Shown: positions 50,748-61,283, counted from the stretch's first letter. The stretch is DNA of 64,000 bases from an uncultured Acidobacteriota bacterium (GCA_963796275.1 CAWCKY010000006.1:1728001-1792000), one strand, 5' to 3'. Made by a program: numbers and translations. Notes: generated by a model from the sequence alone, not told the origin.

Positions 50748-50843
50748 TACGACGGCGGGGAGCCAGGCGCGCAGCTCTCCTCCTGGTCGTTCGTCGAGAA
50801 TCTGAAGCGGTATGCCAGGGAGGCGGGGATCGGCGAGATTAAA
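50748..50843 (+). pseudogene. Tyrosine recombinase fragment
   Basis: My translation GEPGAQLSSWSFVENLKRYAREAGIGEI resembles the helix preceding HxxR in Xer/Int proteins. It is truncated before the catalytic motif. Confidence 0.5.
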
Positions 50844-50867
50844 GGGAAGGCCGATGCTTGATTGCGA

Positions 50868-51080
50868 TTATTGACCGCGAAGCGGGAGGCTCGGCCCCCT
50901 GTAACGGCTTGTCGCAAACCTTTCCCGGTGGATGTAGGCATCTATGTCTGAGCCCCGAAAGCGCTGATGTCCGTCTACTTCGGTCGATTCAATCGATCCA
51001 CGATGCGCCAGGCGACGCGCTTCTTCAACAGATATCTGCGCGCGGGCCGCGAATTGTCTAAGAGTGAGAAGTCTATCCAT
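50868..51080 (-). CDS. Excisionase-like HTH protein
   Basis: MDRLLTLRQFAARAQISVEEARRLAHRGSI...RFRGSDIDAYI. Confidence 0.75.
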   Translation of the reverse strand: MDRLLTLRQFAARAQISVEEARRLAHRGSIESTEVDGHQRFRGSDIDAYIHRERFATSRYRGPSLPLRGQ

Positions 51081-51322
51081 GTCGCAAGTGTACCATTTCT
51101 TTACCAACCTCGTGCCTGCGCAGATACGGTTTGATCATTCTTATACCTGTGAGCATTAAAGAGCGCCGCACTTCCCCGCCCATGTACCTATTTAGGGGGG
51201 GCCGGAAATGGGAAACCGGTACCGATGTACCCTTTATCGCTCAGCCTAATGTGCCGGCCGTGCCTGAGTAGATTCGAGTCAGATCAAACAATTATGTCGG
51301 TTTTACCCACAAGAAGGCAGGT

Positions 51323-51450
51323 TTCAATCCGCGGTGCGGCGCGCTAAGCGGCCAGTTGGGCTTTCCCTACTACAGCTTCTTCGAGGCGATTGGATCACTC
51401 ATCGAACTCCTGGGCTACATGCTCACGATCGGCAGACTGGCCCTGGGACT
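51323..51450 (+). pseudogene. Glycosyltransferase family 2 membrane-segment fragment
   Basis: My translation FNPRCGALSGQLGFPYYSFFEAIGSLIELLGYMLTI resembles the FNPRYG...PY..FFE...ELLGY segment. Confidence 0.5.
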
Positions 51451-51454
51451 GACT

Positions 51455-51904
51455 TCATTCCTGGTGGCGACGCGCTTTTGTCTTTGATCTAGTTGGCCGT
51501 TTTGCCCGCCGTTTACCGAGCAACGCGTCTCTTGCCACAAGACAGCCCTGACTCCCCGGCTCAAACTCTCTGCAGAGCTTCGGCCTTACAGCGTAGATCG
51601 AGCAAGAGCATTTTTCGCCGATCGTCCCTTTGAGCGCTTTGCATTGCCATCGCCCGGTCACCCGCTTGCCCCTTAACCAGGACTCTTGCAGTGTGACCTT
51701 AGAATCGCAGAGCCTCACGATGTCGATGACGACCAGCTTTGTCGGAATCTTTGACACGTCTTTATTAGCGATCAAGAGACCCTTGCCGCGTATGCCCGGC
51801 AGTTCAAGGTCGCTCAGATCCTCATCGAAAAAGTGAGAGCAGCACGCGCCGCAGGATTGACAGTCGTATTCGTTCGCAAGGGCTGTTTCTGTGTTCTTTT
51901 TCAT
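51455..51904 (-). CDS. YkgJ-family CxxCxxCC cysteine-cluster protein
   Basis: CQSCGACC...CKAL...CSIYAVRPKLCREF. Confidence 0.88.
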   Translation of the reverse strand: MKKNTETALANEYDCQSCGACCSHFFDEDLSDLELPGIRGKGLLIANKDVSKIPTKLVVIDIVRLCDSKVTLQESWLRGKRVTGRWQCKALKGTIGEKCSCSIYAVRPKLCREFEPGSQGCLVARDALLGKRRAKRPTRSKTKARRHQE

Positions 51905-52028
51905 CTTAGGTTCTTAAGTTTGTTTCTAGTTTCTCTTCAACATATCAATACTGCTTCTTCGCCATTGACATCTAGCTCGTTTAGAACAATCTTCTGCTCA
52001 GGGCGCTCACTCTGTCCATCAGTCTCCC

Positions 52029-52652
52029 CTAATCTGAGGAGGTTGGACTGCTTTTCTTAACAACCCACGTCGTCATACATCTGAGGTTTTCCACATTTGT
52101 CGTCTTTAGCGGATCCACCCTATTGGCCCCTAGCCTTTCAGCTGTTGCTGCGAGCATCTCCTCATCCACCAGGAATCGCTCGGTTCCATCTGGTAACAAG
52201 AAATATCCCTTTTTTTTTGGTTCGATTAGCTTCTCGATCCCGATAGAGCTTGCCATCCTTGCAAACAATATCCCATCTGGTTTGAGCACTCGCCACATCT
52301 CATTGAGCATTTTGTCAAAATGCTGCTTGTCGTGTGCAAAGTGTAATACTGCACTGCTTACTACCAGATCGAATCTCTCACTTGGAAGCGGCATATCGGC
52401 GACATCTGCAATGAGGAAGTTTTGTGATGGAAGATTAGGACTGAGTCTGGAAGCAAGCAGCCGGACCTGTTGAATAGATTCTGGGTTTGAATCAACAGCA
52501 AATACCTCGAAGTTATGGGAGAGGAAGTAGACCAGATTACGTCCCTCGCCACAACCTGCGTCCAGTAAAGAGATAGAAGGCGGAATTCTGTCCTTAAGAA
52601 GCTGGTCGAATAGATAGATATCGATGTTGCCAAACTGTTGTTGAAGATTCAT
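52029..52652 (-). CDS. Class I SAM-dependent methyltransferase
   Basis: LLDAGCGEGRN, FDLVVSSAVLHF, RVLKPDG. Confidence 0.92.
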   Translation of the reverse strand: MNLQQQFGNIDIYLFDQLLKDRIPPSISLLDAGCGEGRNLVYFLSHNFEVFAVDSNPESIQQVRLLASRLSPNLPSQNFLIADVADMPLPSERFDLVVSSAVLHFAHDKQHFDKMLNEMWRVLKPDGILFARMASSIGIEKLIEPKKKGYFLLPDGTERFLVDEEMLAATAERLGANRVDPLKTTNVENLRCMTTWVVKKSSPTSSD

Positions 52653-52767
52653 TGTTCACCCGATAATTGCCCTGTATTCACCACCAGATAACCCGTTTGG
52701 TCAAAAAATGCAAAAAACGGTTTTAGCTGATTTTTGTGCAAATAAGGTTTCTACACAAAAGCAGCAC

Positions 52768-53034
52768 TTACTTTTCCTCCTGCAAATCAATGATTTCTGC
52801 CTGAACCTCAGCTAGTGCTGCCTCAATTGCGCTGATTCGAGGCAAAGTCCGCCAACTCCCAACGCGATAAACCTTCGGGGTTGATAACCCGTTCAGCCGA
52901 GACGCGCCTGTCAGCCACTGGGCCTGCTGTGGTGCAAGTTTCAACCGCTGACGCGCCGCCGTATATTCGCTCGTCGTAGCTGTTAAAATAAAGATTGTTT
53001 GCCTGGGATTGTCCTTATTTGATTTATCGCTCAT
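52768..53034 (-). CDS. Hypothetical protein
   Basis: Protein-like ORF MSDKSNKDNPRQTIFILTAT...; no recognised motif. Confidence 0.4.
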   Translation of the reverse strand: MSDKSNKDNPRQTIFILTATTSEYTAARQRLKLAPQQAQWLTGASRLNGLSTPKVYRVGSWRTLPRISAIEAALAEVQAEIIDLQEEK

Positions 53035-53498
53035 TGGGCTAGTATAGCACTCTGTCAGAGCCATATCGGCCATAGCATGGGATATGGCTGTTAATGCTGT
53101 TACTCATAGGGTAACAGGTAACACGATATCGTGCACGGCCGCTTCTGTGGATAACCGCTAGTGCCGATGATGCGTTTTCTTCGCTGGTAGCACTTCCGGC
53201 AGTCGTACGCATCATCAACCAATACGTTCAGACAAACGTTGGCCAACTCGCTGTAGCGGAGCAAAAACAGGAGGTCCTTTGTTTCTGACGCAAGGGTGGG
53301 CGCGAAGATACGTTTAACGGATCAAACTGATTTGGTAATTGTTATTCGTTTATACGTGTTTTTTCCTTCAGAGTTGCTGCCCAACGAGAAGTCTGGTTCA
53401 GGTTCTTGCCGTCTCTCGGCAGTTTGCAACACAACCGACATCCCATATCGGGATACTGGTAAGCCATCGATCTTTTTCTCAACAGAGCTTGTTCTCCT

Positions 53499-54581
53499 TC
53501 ACCCTCGCTTAATAATGAAAACTGTTTTGTCGTCAATCCGATCCTCTTCTCCAATCTGTCGCAGATGGTCGTCGTCTTTTGTGGCGTGTTCTAGCAGCGC
53601 ATTGCAGATGTCTCTCGCTGATTTCAAATAGTGCTCCCGCATCACAGCTTCGAGGTGTTGGTGTTCTTCATCATCGCTCCCGTCATAGACGCCGTCGGTA
53701 TAAAGGAAAAGAATGTCGCCCGGGCTCATTAGAGTAATTTCGGCAATATCGGACGAGTTAGCCGGCCTAGGCCGAAATTGCATCGAGAAATACCGCTTAC
53801 GATCCGGATGATCAGCAGGGATCTGCAGGCCCAATGGCAGGAATTGCACCATTCGATCTTTGTCCAGCTCCACAAACTTGCGATATTCAGCAGAGAACAC
53901 GAGCGGTGGCGGGTGCCCAAAATTTACAAATCGGAAATAGCCGTAGGGATGCACTTCGCCATAAAGCATAGTCGCAATCTCGCGCGCATTTTCTCCCCCA
54001 CTTGTCCCCAGTGCGTTACGAGCCGTGACTGAAAGCGCCAAACGCAGGTTGATGTTTTCAAACAGCTCCGGCGTCGTCCTTCCGTGCTGATCAAGCTCGG
54101 AGAGCATGAAAGCATGAAACGTATCGTGTACAGTCGAGGCAATTTTCGCCGAAATAAGCCCGTGTCCCTGTGCGTCCACCAGCAGGACTCCTGCCGTACT
54201 ATAGAGCTCGTGGAGGGCTTCGGCGACCCGCACCTGCTCCGAGCTTCGCGCATCTCTGTATTCGGCTTCCATTTCGGACCTATAAGCCGGCCTCGACCTC
54301 AACCACTCCACATGATCGTCTACTGAATTACGCGGCGGTGCGCCTGGCGGGAGCGGATCAAGAAATTCCTTCGATAACTTCAGGGCCTGCCGAATGCGTG
54401 CATCGACGTCATAACGCTGCTGGAAGTTTAGATATTCAAATAGGTCCCCGCCGACACTTCCGGCAGGAACAGAATTCCCGTAAATCTCGATGCCGGGTAT
54501 ATGCGGAATCGCACCTTCCACCGGCATGAGCCGTTCACGCAAGTATTCATCGATACTCAGATTCGTGTGCTCTGTGGTCAT
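53499..54581 (-). CDS. PP2C/SpoIIE-type protein phosphatase
   Basis: VGGDL, VDAQGHG, NFGHPPP, PGDILFLYTDGV, DDKTV. Confidence 0.9.
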   Translation of the reverse strand: MTTEHTNLSIDEYLRERLMPVEGAIPHIPGIEIYGNSVPAGSVGGDLFEYLNFQQRYDVDARIRQALKLSKEFLDPLPPGAPPRNSVDDHVEWLRSRPAYRSEMEAEYRDARSSEQVRVAEALHELYSTAGVLLVDAQGHGLISAKIASTVHDTFHAFMLSELDQHGRTTPELFENINLRLALSVTARNALGTSGGENAREIATMLYGEVHPYGYFRFVNFGHPPPLVFSAEYRKFVELDKDRMVQFLPLGLQIPADHPDRKRYFSMQFRPRPANSSDIAEITLMSPGDILFLYTDGVYDGSDDEEHQHLEAVMREHYLKSARDICNALLEHATKDDDHLRQIGEEDRIDDKTVFIIKRG

Positions 54582-54742
54582 AGCAAGATTTCGTGAGATT
54601 CAAAAGCGATAATGTCGGCGCGACGGGCGATCCGACTGCTTGTTGTCGGTTCACTGATAGAACCTTCGTGCATCACCCTCTCCCAGGGTCTCGGGTTCGA
54701 GGTTGCTCTTCTGATCTCTTCGTCAAACTTCAGATTTTCCAT
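54578..54742 (-). CDS. Small hypothetical protein coupled to the PP2C gene
   Basis: AGGAGG RBS and ATGA overlap with the PP2C start. Confidence 0.5.
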   Translation of the reverse strand: MENLKFDEEIRRATSNPRPWERVMHEGSISEPTTSSRIARRADIIAFESHEILL

Positions 54743-55457
54743 GTTCTTTCCTCCTTGCATTAAAAACCTCGATCTCAAATATTCTATCTCGTACCGGGCC
54801 CTTCTGCCGAATGAGTTGCTATATTCTCGGCTGTGAGTCTCGCCGGCCCGTCAGTATTCCAAATCAATTTCCACTCGCTACAACGAACTGTTGTCACCGT
54901 GAGGTTTTAGATGAATAAAAAAGCATGCTTATGTATGGTCATTTGTACCATTTTATTGCACCCTGAGGATAGGAAACGGCAGTCTAGCGGGATGCGGTCC
55001 GTATCGCTCAATAGATTTTTTCTGCGATGACAATGGTTTAGTGATGGTAGTAGGGAAAAATACGGAGTAGAACCCAGTAGTGGTACGGTCATTGCACTTA
55101 GTATATACCGACAAGCAATGCTTTAGCAGTTTAGGTACTCGAATACGGAAGGTGTTGGGGGACATCTCAAGCAATTGTCGCGAATGTGGTGGTTGTGCCG
55201 TATATAGAGATGGGATGGCTGCTTGACTCCGCATAGTTCTTGGGGGAGGCTATACGGAATTAAGCAGCCATTCTTGCTTTTCAGATATCATTTCTACTTC
55301 GCACAACAATCTCTTATCCGTGATTCAGGGTGGGTTCATAAAAGATGGGGGCAGGTCACTCTAAGAGTCGAATCGCAAGCCCTCACTATAGTGAGTCTTC
55401 GAGCTTAGTGGCGGGTAATTGACTGTCAAAATGTGGTCTGCGCAGAATCAGGTTCTA

Positions 55458-57015
55458 TTATTTGTTACCCGTCAGCGGCTCGTTCAACTCCCGAAGCAAT
55501 GACGGCTCTGCCTTGATGAACTTCCGGTCGTAAGTCATAAACCCATTGACCTCGCCTTCGACGTCTGTGGTCTGCGTGTAGACTGCCGCTGATAATCCCA
55601 GATTCTGTTTCATCGGGACGAGCGCTTCCATCTTTTTGCTGAGAGCTTTCAAATAGGCGGTCTTTCCTGATACGTCTGATAACCCCAGTTGCGCATCTGC
55701 GGATTCCACAGGTGCTCTTGTATCGGCCAGCCTACGCCTCCGTATTCGCCCAGGACCACCGCCCGGTTCCCCTGTCTTTTCGGCGTCAACAGTGTCTCAT
55801 CGTAGGTCTGGACGTCGTACAGATCACCTTCGTTCATATCCAGCCAACCGCTGTTGGCATTGACCAATCGACGGCGGTCGATCGTCTTCACCCACTGCGC
55901 CATCGCTCTGGTCTCGTATTGCCCCCAGCCTTCATTGAAGACGACCCAGGTCACGATGCTCGGCGAGTTGTGCAGACGACCCAGCATGCGGCGCAACTCA
56001 AGTTCGTGCTGTTCGCGACTAACCGACAGGCGCACCGGCTCGCCCCGATCCGGAGGATGGTTGCGGAGCGCCTGATTGAATCCTGATGGCATATCCTGCC
56101 AGACAAGCATCCCGAGTTTGTCGCAGTGGTAGTAATAACGTGCGGGTTCGACCTTGATATGCTTGCGCAGCATATTGAACCCGGCCTGGCGGAGCCATTC
56201 GATCTCCCATCTGATCGCCTCAAATGCGGCCGTTCTCCCATTAGCCGTAGTGGTCAATCGTACGGCGTAAGTGTCATCGCCGATAGCCTCATTGGTCAGC
56301 CCGACGACGCGCAGGCCGCGGGCATCGAGATCGGGCGTCAGTCGCAATTCGGCCAGGTACAGGCCGGACGGCACGGGTTCCAGCCATACCGTTTGCCAGA
56401 TGCCCGAAACCGGCGTGTACCATATGCCCTGCGGTTTCAACTGTTGTTTGCCTCGCGGTTGCTCACCCGTATCTGAAGGATCGGTAACGGCCACGATCAA
56501 CTCGTTTGAGCCGTTTTTCAGAAACGGGGTCACGTCGAAGCCGAAAGCATCGAATCCGCCGAATCCGCCCTTATGCGCGTCAACGAGACCGCCGTTCACC
56601 CATACTATGCATTCATAATCAACTGCGCCGAAATGAAGCAGGATTCGTGGCCGTCCCACGCCGTGGGTACCGTGAAGTATCGCCGGTACCAGAGCCGCTC
56701 GGTGGGTTGCAACGTCTTTCCCACGCCCGAGAGCGCCGCTTCGAGAGCGAAGGGAACGAGTATCTGACCGTCGAATTCTGTGGGCGACGGCGCGGTCTTC
56801 GCCGTGACGGCATACTCCCACAGACCGTTCAGGTTCTGCCATCGCTCGCGCGTGAATTGCGGGCGAGGATATTCTAACCAGGCATTCTCAGGCGCGACAT
56901 TCGTGCCCCAATCGGTCATCAGTGTCACGGGCGCCGGTCTCCATTGCTGAGCCGCGCCGCCGACGGCGATTAGCATCGAGGCAAGGGATAATGCGGTTAA
57001 TCTGTTCATTCTCAT
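55458..57015 (-). pseudogene. Glycoside hydrolase family 2, two frameshifts and an internal deletion
   Basis: EYPRPQ, LNGLWEY, LHFGAVDY, SGIWQTVWLE, GFNMLRKHIK, FNEGWGQ, GEYGG and TQTTDVEGEVNG spread over three frames. Jump at TTANGRT|AAFEAI (~56230). Confidence 0.88.
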
Positions 57016-57104
57016 ATTCGGTATTCGGTATTTGGTAGTCAGTAGTCGCTTGTCGGTTAGTTTGGGCGGATCGACAACCGGCAACCGGCGACCGGCGACC
57101 GGCT
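57015..57104. repeat. Short heptamer tandem repeats
   Basis: tattcgg repeats and ccggcaa/ccggcga repeats in the intergenic gap. Confidence 0.55.
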
Positions 57105-57123
57105 TGTATCACACCGATGATGG

Positions 57124-58332
57124 TCACTCCACAGCACCTCGCTCTCGCAACAGCATCACAGTTTTCCCCTCACCGCTGGGAAACCGCAGCGCGTATCCCA
57201 ACGGCGTGCATTCGACCACTTCGCCAGGTCGCTCATAAGCGCCAGGAAGTTTCACCCGAATGGAGAGATCCGCGCCGCGTTCCACCAACAATTGCGCCAC
57301 AGGAAATCCATACTCATTGAACTGCGTCGCCGCGTGGAAGATGGGCGTCTGGCCGCCGACGCCGTTTTCATCCACCGTTGCTTTCGCATCGACTTGCCCC
57401 CCGCGATCTAGGAGAAGCCTGGCGGCCTCAAGCTGGCCGTATTCCGCAGCCACGTGCAGCAGCGTCGCTCCTCGCAAGAGGAGAAGGCGATCGCCGGTTT
57501 GGCCGCAGTCGAGCTCAGGGAAACGTCTGTTGACAATGTCGGGGACTGCGTCAATCTGCTCCGACAGTCGATCGATATCGCCGCGAAGCAGTTCCAAGAT
57601 TCCCGGCGCATCGTATTTGGTCTTCCCGCCGGCTTCGAGAATGAGATCGATGCAAGCGGGGAAATGCGATGAGCGTGCGTACCCGCAGATCAGATAATCC
57701 AGCGCCGTCACGCACCCGTAGGCGTTGCCGCAATTCGGATTCGCTCCATGTTCCAACAGCCATTTGAGCGACACTGCGTTTACTGCTTCGCAAGCGGCGA
57801 AGAGGATGGGAAAATTGCCATTCCACTCGGCGTTCACATCCGCGCCGTAAGTCAGGAGTAATTCCATCATCGGAACACGCGTGGCATTGAGCGCCGCGCG
57901 CATGAGTGGCCCATCGCCTCCCTGATGTACATCCGAACCGTTCTCGATCATCCAGCGCGCCATCTCCAATCGCGCGGTGGATGGCGGCCCCCACGGCACG
58001 CGGCATTCGGCGACCCAGGTGAGCGGCCCGTTCTTCCCATAACCTAGCGGAGCGCGGTGCAGCGCCGGATTGCGCGTCATCATCGCTTTGACGCGTGCTA
58101 CATCCTCGGCGTCAATCGCCAGCTTGAGTTGGCCGATTTCCGCTAGCGAATCCACATGCGCTTTCAGCTTCGGCCAACTGGCGAAACCGTACAGCCGGGC
58201 GATTTTGAATTGTGCTTCGGTGAGTGTCGCGGCCTCACCCGCTCTCAGCATGTCCTTGGCTTGATCTTTCAGGTGTCGAAGATTGGGTTGTTCGGGCAGT
58301 AGACGCGGAGTTTCTTCAGAGTTGGTCGGCAT
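57124..58332 (-). CDS. Ankyrin-repeat protein
   Basis: N-terminal LPEQPNLRHLKDQAK...ARLYGFASWPKLK; ankyrin motifs LLxxGADVN and TLLHVAAEYG. Confidence 0.9.
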   Translation of the reverse strand: MPTNSEETPRLLPEQPNLRHLKDQAKDMLRAGEAATLTEAQFKIARLYGFASWPKLKAHVDSLAEIGQLKLAIDAEDVARVKAMMTRNPALHRAPLGYGKNGPLTWVAECRVPWGPPSTARLEMARWMIENGSDVHQGGDGPLMRAALNATRVPMMELLLTYGADVNAEWNGNFPILFAACEAVNAVSLKWLLEHGANPNCGNAYGCVTALDYLICGYARSSHFPACIDLILEAGGKTKYDAPGILELLRGDIDRLSEQIDAVPDIVNRRFPELDCGQTGDRLLLLRGATLLHVAAEYGQLEAARLLLDRGGQVDAKATVDENGVGGQTPIFHAATQFNEYGFPVAQLLVERGADLSIRVKLPGAYERPGEVVECTPLGYALRFPSGEGKTVMLLRERGAVE

Positions 58333-58766
58333 AGCGAAATCCTTTCGTTGAATTGCCCGGTGTCCGCTTTGGCGGGCTGAAAGAATGTTCGCGAAAACTG
58401 ATTGGGAACAGATGAGCTTCTACTCTTTCCGCGGACCGGATGCCTTCTGCGGGCCAGGAGAGAAAATAGTCCTTCCGCGTAGTGATTACAAGGTCGGCCG
58501 CGAATTTTCGCCAAGTCCAAGGAGCCGCATCGCCGCCGCGTTTTTGAGTTCCGCGCGCTTTCGGCACCCGTGCTTCCGCCGCCCGGCTGGTAGACGATCT
58601 CACACGCTATGCCTTGACATTCTAGGCCTCTCTGCCTGCTCTACACGTATAATTTCTAATCAGAGTACTCATTCAAATCGGCAAAGTCGAGCTAAGTGTT
58701 CGCTAGCGTAACATTCGCTGCAAACCGCAGACAATTCGAAATCGATAGCCCAATCACGAAATTGAC

Positions 58767-59072
58767 TTATTCAAAGACTGGCCTGAAAAAACTTCTTTCA
58801 TAGCTCACAATACATTCTGTTTCCTCGGCGTACTTAAAAGCTGCCAGGCACTCTGTATCTGAGAATGATTTGGTTCGATACTGTTCGTAGGCTGCAAGGC
58901 TCGGAAAGGTGAAAAGAGCGAGGGCGATGTTGTTCGCTCCTTCCGAGGGCAAGAAATAACCGTGGTGTTTCCCACCAAACTTCTCTACTAACGGAATCCA
59001 TAGTTTCCCGTAGTGTTCAAATTCTTTCACTTTGGAAGGGGCGATTACGTAACGCAGATAACAGGTGACCAT
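58767..59072 (-). CDS. NIPSNAP family protein (cassette-like)
   Basis: TCYLRYVI...GGKHHGYFLPSEGANNIA..LFTFPSLAAYEQYR; starts 26 nt after an attC R' site. Confidence 0.9.
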   Translation of the reverse strand: MVTCYLRYVIAPSKVKEFEHYGKLWIPLVEKFGGKHHGYFLPSEGANNIALALFTFPSLAAYEQYRTKSFSDTECLAAFKYAEETECIVSYERSFFRPVFE

Positions 59073-59097
59073 TGCCTTTTCTCAGTTTGAATTTGGA

Positions 59098-59196
59098 GCA
59101 TAACGTCATGCCGCTCAGCCGCGAGCGGCGTTCCCGCATCCATCGAATAGCCCGTGATTCCCGTGCCACTCGTCGGCTGCTGCAGGCATGTTAGGC
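59098..59196 (-). mobile_element. Integron attC-like site
   Basis: Minus strand reads GCCTAAC ATGCCTGCAGCAGCCGACGAGTGGC...GCCGCTCGCGGCTGAGCGGCATGAC GTTATGC: complementary core ends around a long imperfect palindrome. Confidence 0.8.
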
Positions 59197-59419
59197 GGTG
59201 ATGTGTTCATTACACAAGTCATGACGAGGGCGAGCCGGCCTCAACGAGTGCGGCTCGCTTGGCGAGCACCATTTGCCAGCCGGTTTCGTTGTCCCCGGGC
59301 GATAGGCTCGGTGGCAGTCTGTCATGCATCGCAAGAGGATCGGCACCGCCATCGGCATCTTCAAGCGTGATCGTGATCGTCATCTCGCCACAAAGCGAAT
59401 GATCTTCGGTCTAGAACTC

Positions 59420-59580
59420 GTCCACAACTGGAACATTCACGAGAAGTGTTACGCGGATTCATGGTAATCACTGGCACGCCCACGAGCTTGGCCTTGTGCT
59501 CGATAAAGCAACGCAATTGACCGAACGACCAGGAATGCAATTCAGAACGTTTAGCCTTTCGAGCCATCAGGTGAGCATCA
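59420..59580 (-). mobile_element. IS200/IS605 TnpB fragment
   Basis: RSELHSWSFGQLRCFIEHKAKLVGVPVITMNPRNTSRECSSCG. Confidence 0.85.
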
Positions 59581-60189
59581 TCATCGCCTGTCACATCGCA
59601 CGCCCGGTTTGACTTCAACGCTCGATTCCTCGGCCTTATGTTCTAGGGAGGCACTCTCCGAATCGCGCGCGATCTGCTTCAACCTGCCGCGCAACTCTCT
59701 TGTCACGCTCGCATGACATCCGAGACATAGGGTTCGGATGTTTTCAATTCCGCATTCACCGCCGCCTTCGACGACAGACACAATATGGTCGGCTGCCCAG
59801 GGGCTAATAAACGGCGTGAACCATGGGAACTGCAGCCGAAACATATCGAGCGCCCCGTAACGCTCCGGCTCGCGCTCCACTTTCCAGGGGAATTGCGTCG
59901 CCTTAAGCCCCGCCTTTCGCAACAACGCCTTAAAGACCCTCATGACCTTATCGCAATCGGTTCCACAAAGCGCGCAGACCCCGAAATCGCGCTGAAAGAC
60001 TTGTTCCCGAAGGTAGCCCGGATCGCTGCGAAGTTTGTGTTCATGGATACAAGCGTAAGAACAAAATGACCGCCGTCCTTTCGGAACCTCGACGCCGCAC
60101 CACCGGCAAAGCGCGCGGCCATTCGCCCCCTGTGTAAGTTCTTTATGATTTTTCCAGCCCGATCCCGGCCGGACTCTGTGTTTGCTCAT
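59581..60189 (-). CDS. HNH endonuclease
   Basis: CRWC...CSYAC, VFQRDFGVCALCG, ADHIVSVVEGGG...NIRTLCLGCH. Confidence 0.88.
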   Translation of the reverse strand: MSKHRVRPGSGWKNHKELTQGANGRALCRWCGVEVPKGRRSFCSYACIHEHKLRSDPGYLREQVFQRDFGVCALCGTDCDKVMRVFKALLRKAGLKATQFPWKVEREPERYGALDMFRLQFPWFTPFISPWAADHIVSVVEGGGECGIENIRTLCLGCHASVTRELRGRLKQIARDSESASLEHKAEESSVEVKPGVRCDRR

Positions 60190-60590
60190 CTCGCAAGACT
60201 TTCCGCCACTTCAAGTTCGTCATTAACCTTGACGCCCCTTTGTAATGATTCGCTTCAAGCTTTTCAAGCCGCGGCATCGTTGCTTTATTTGGTTCGCCCA
60301 CTAGCTGACAGGGCTGCGGCTGACGCCCACGTGGCGGCTGATCCCGGATCGGATGAGGTGGCGTTAGCGGAGGAAGCGATCAACTCCGTCTGCCTTTCTT
60401 CAAACCGCTCAGGAGTCAGATTACTGGTTGCCGCATGGGCAATCATTGTAATGCTAATAACTGAATCTCAATAGATACAGTTGGCAATATCAGGGCGATT
60501 GCCAGCGTTGGCAATCTTCAGAGCGGATGTCGGCATCCGCTGTATGGAGAGATGGGGGATAGGTCTTGCTTTCAGAAGGCACGGTTATTA

Positions 60591-61283
60591 TCAGTTCCCG
60601 TTAGATTCCAACACTTTCAATCCTAGTAAGTGTGCGAGATCTCGGGCCAGAGCAATCAACTGGAGCGAATCAATGATCGCACCCCGTAGGTCCTCGGCTC
60701 GCACCTGCAGGTCTTCTAATTGCGATCCGCGAAAGTCCGCCCCCTTCAAATTGGCGCCAGACAGTTGGGCGCCACGCAGATCGCAGCCGGAAAAAACGAC
60801 GCCTCGTAGATCTGCTCCATAGAAGTCTGCTTCTCGAAGGTTGCAATTCGAAAACCGGCAATCTTTAAAACTTGAGGTGCGAAACTGTGCGAGATCGATT
60901 TTACAATCTTCAATGGACGCATCTTTAATGTTGGAGTCGATTATCTTAATACCTGTCATTCTACAGTTGAGAACTTCGATCCGGCTTAAAGTTGATTGAT
61001 ACCAATCAGCATTGGCCAAATCACAATGATCAAATCGGGCGTCAGTCAGCTTAAGCAATCTCAATTTAGTAGAAGCCATCCCGACATCCTGAAAACGAGC
61101 GCTCAGGATAGAAACGCGCGGAGCAATCTGTCCGGTGAGACTCTGATTTGACAGCACAAGGTTGGCATAGCGATCTTGTTCATCTAGCTGTCCATTATTT
61201 AAAGAATCTATTATGTCTTCAGTGGGCAGCTCTGGTGAAGAAATAGAAATACTGGCTCCTGGTTTTCTCTGCTTATTACTCAT
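60591..61283 (-). CDS. Pentapeptide-repeat protein
   Basis: CNLREADFYGADLRGVVFSGCDLRGAQLSGANLKGADFRG. Confidence 0.92.
   Translation of the reverse strand: MSNKQRKPGASISISSPELPTEDIIDSLNNGQLDEQDRYANLVLSNQSLTGQIAPRVSILSARFQDVGMASTKLRLLKLTDARFDHCDLANADWYQSTLSRIEVLNCRMTGIKIIDSNIKDASIEDCKIDLAQFRTSSFKDCRFSNCNLREADFYGADLRGVVFSGCDLRGAQLSGANLKGADFRGSQLEDLQVRAEDLRGAIIDSLQLIALARDLAHLLGLKVLESNGN

Noticed and set aside
58612-58655. Perfect TTGACA and TATAAT hexamers
   Set aside because: The spacer is about 28 bp, too long for one sigma70 promoter.
58706-58766. attC downstream of NIPSNAP (GCGTAAC at 58706)
   Set aside because: Only one core-like end and no complementary arm.
60591-61283. qnr quinolone-resistance gene
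   Set aside because: Pentapeptide repeats alone do not establish Qnr/MfpA function.
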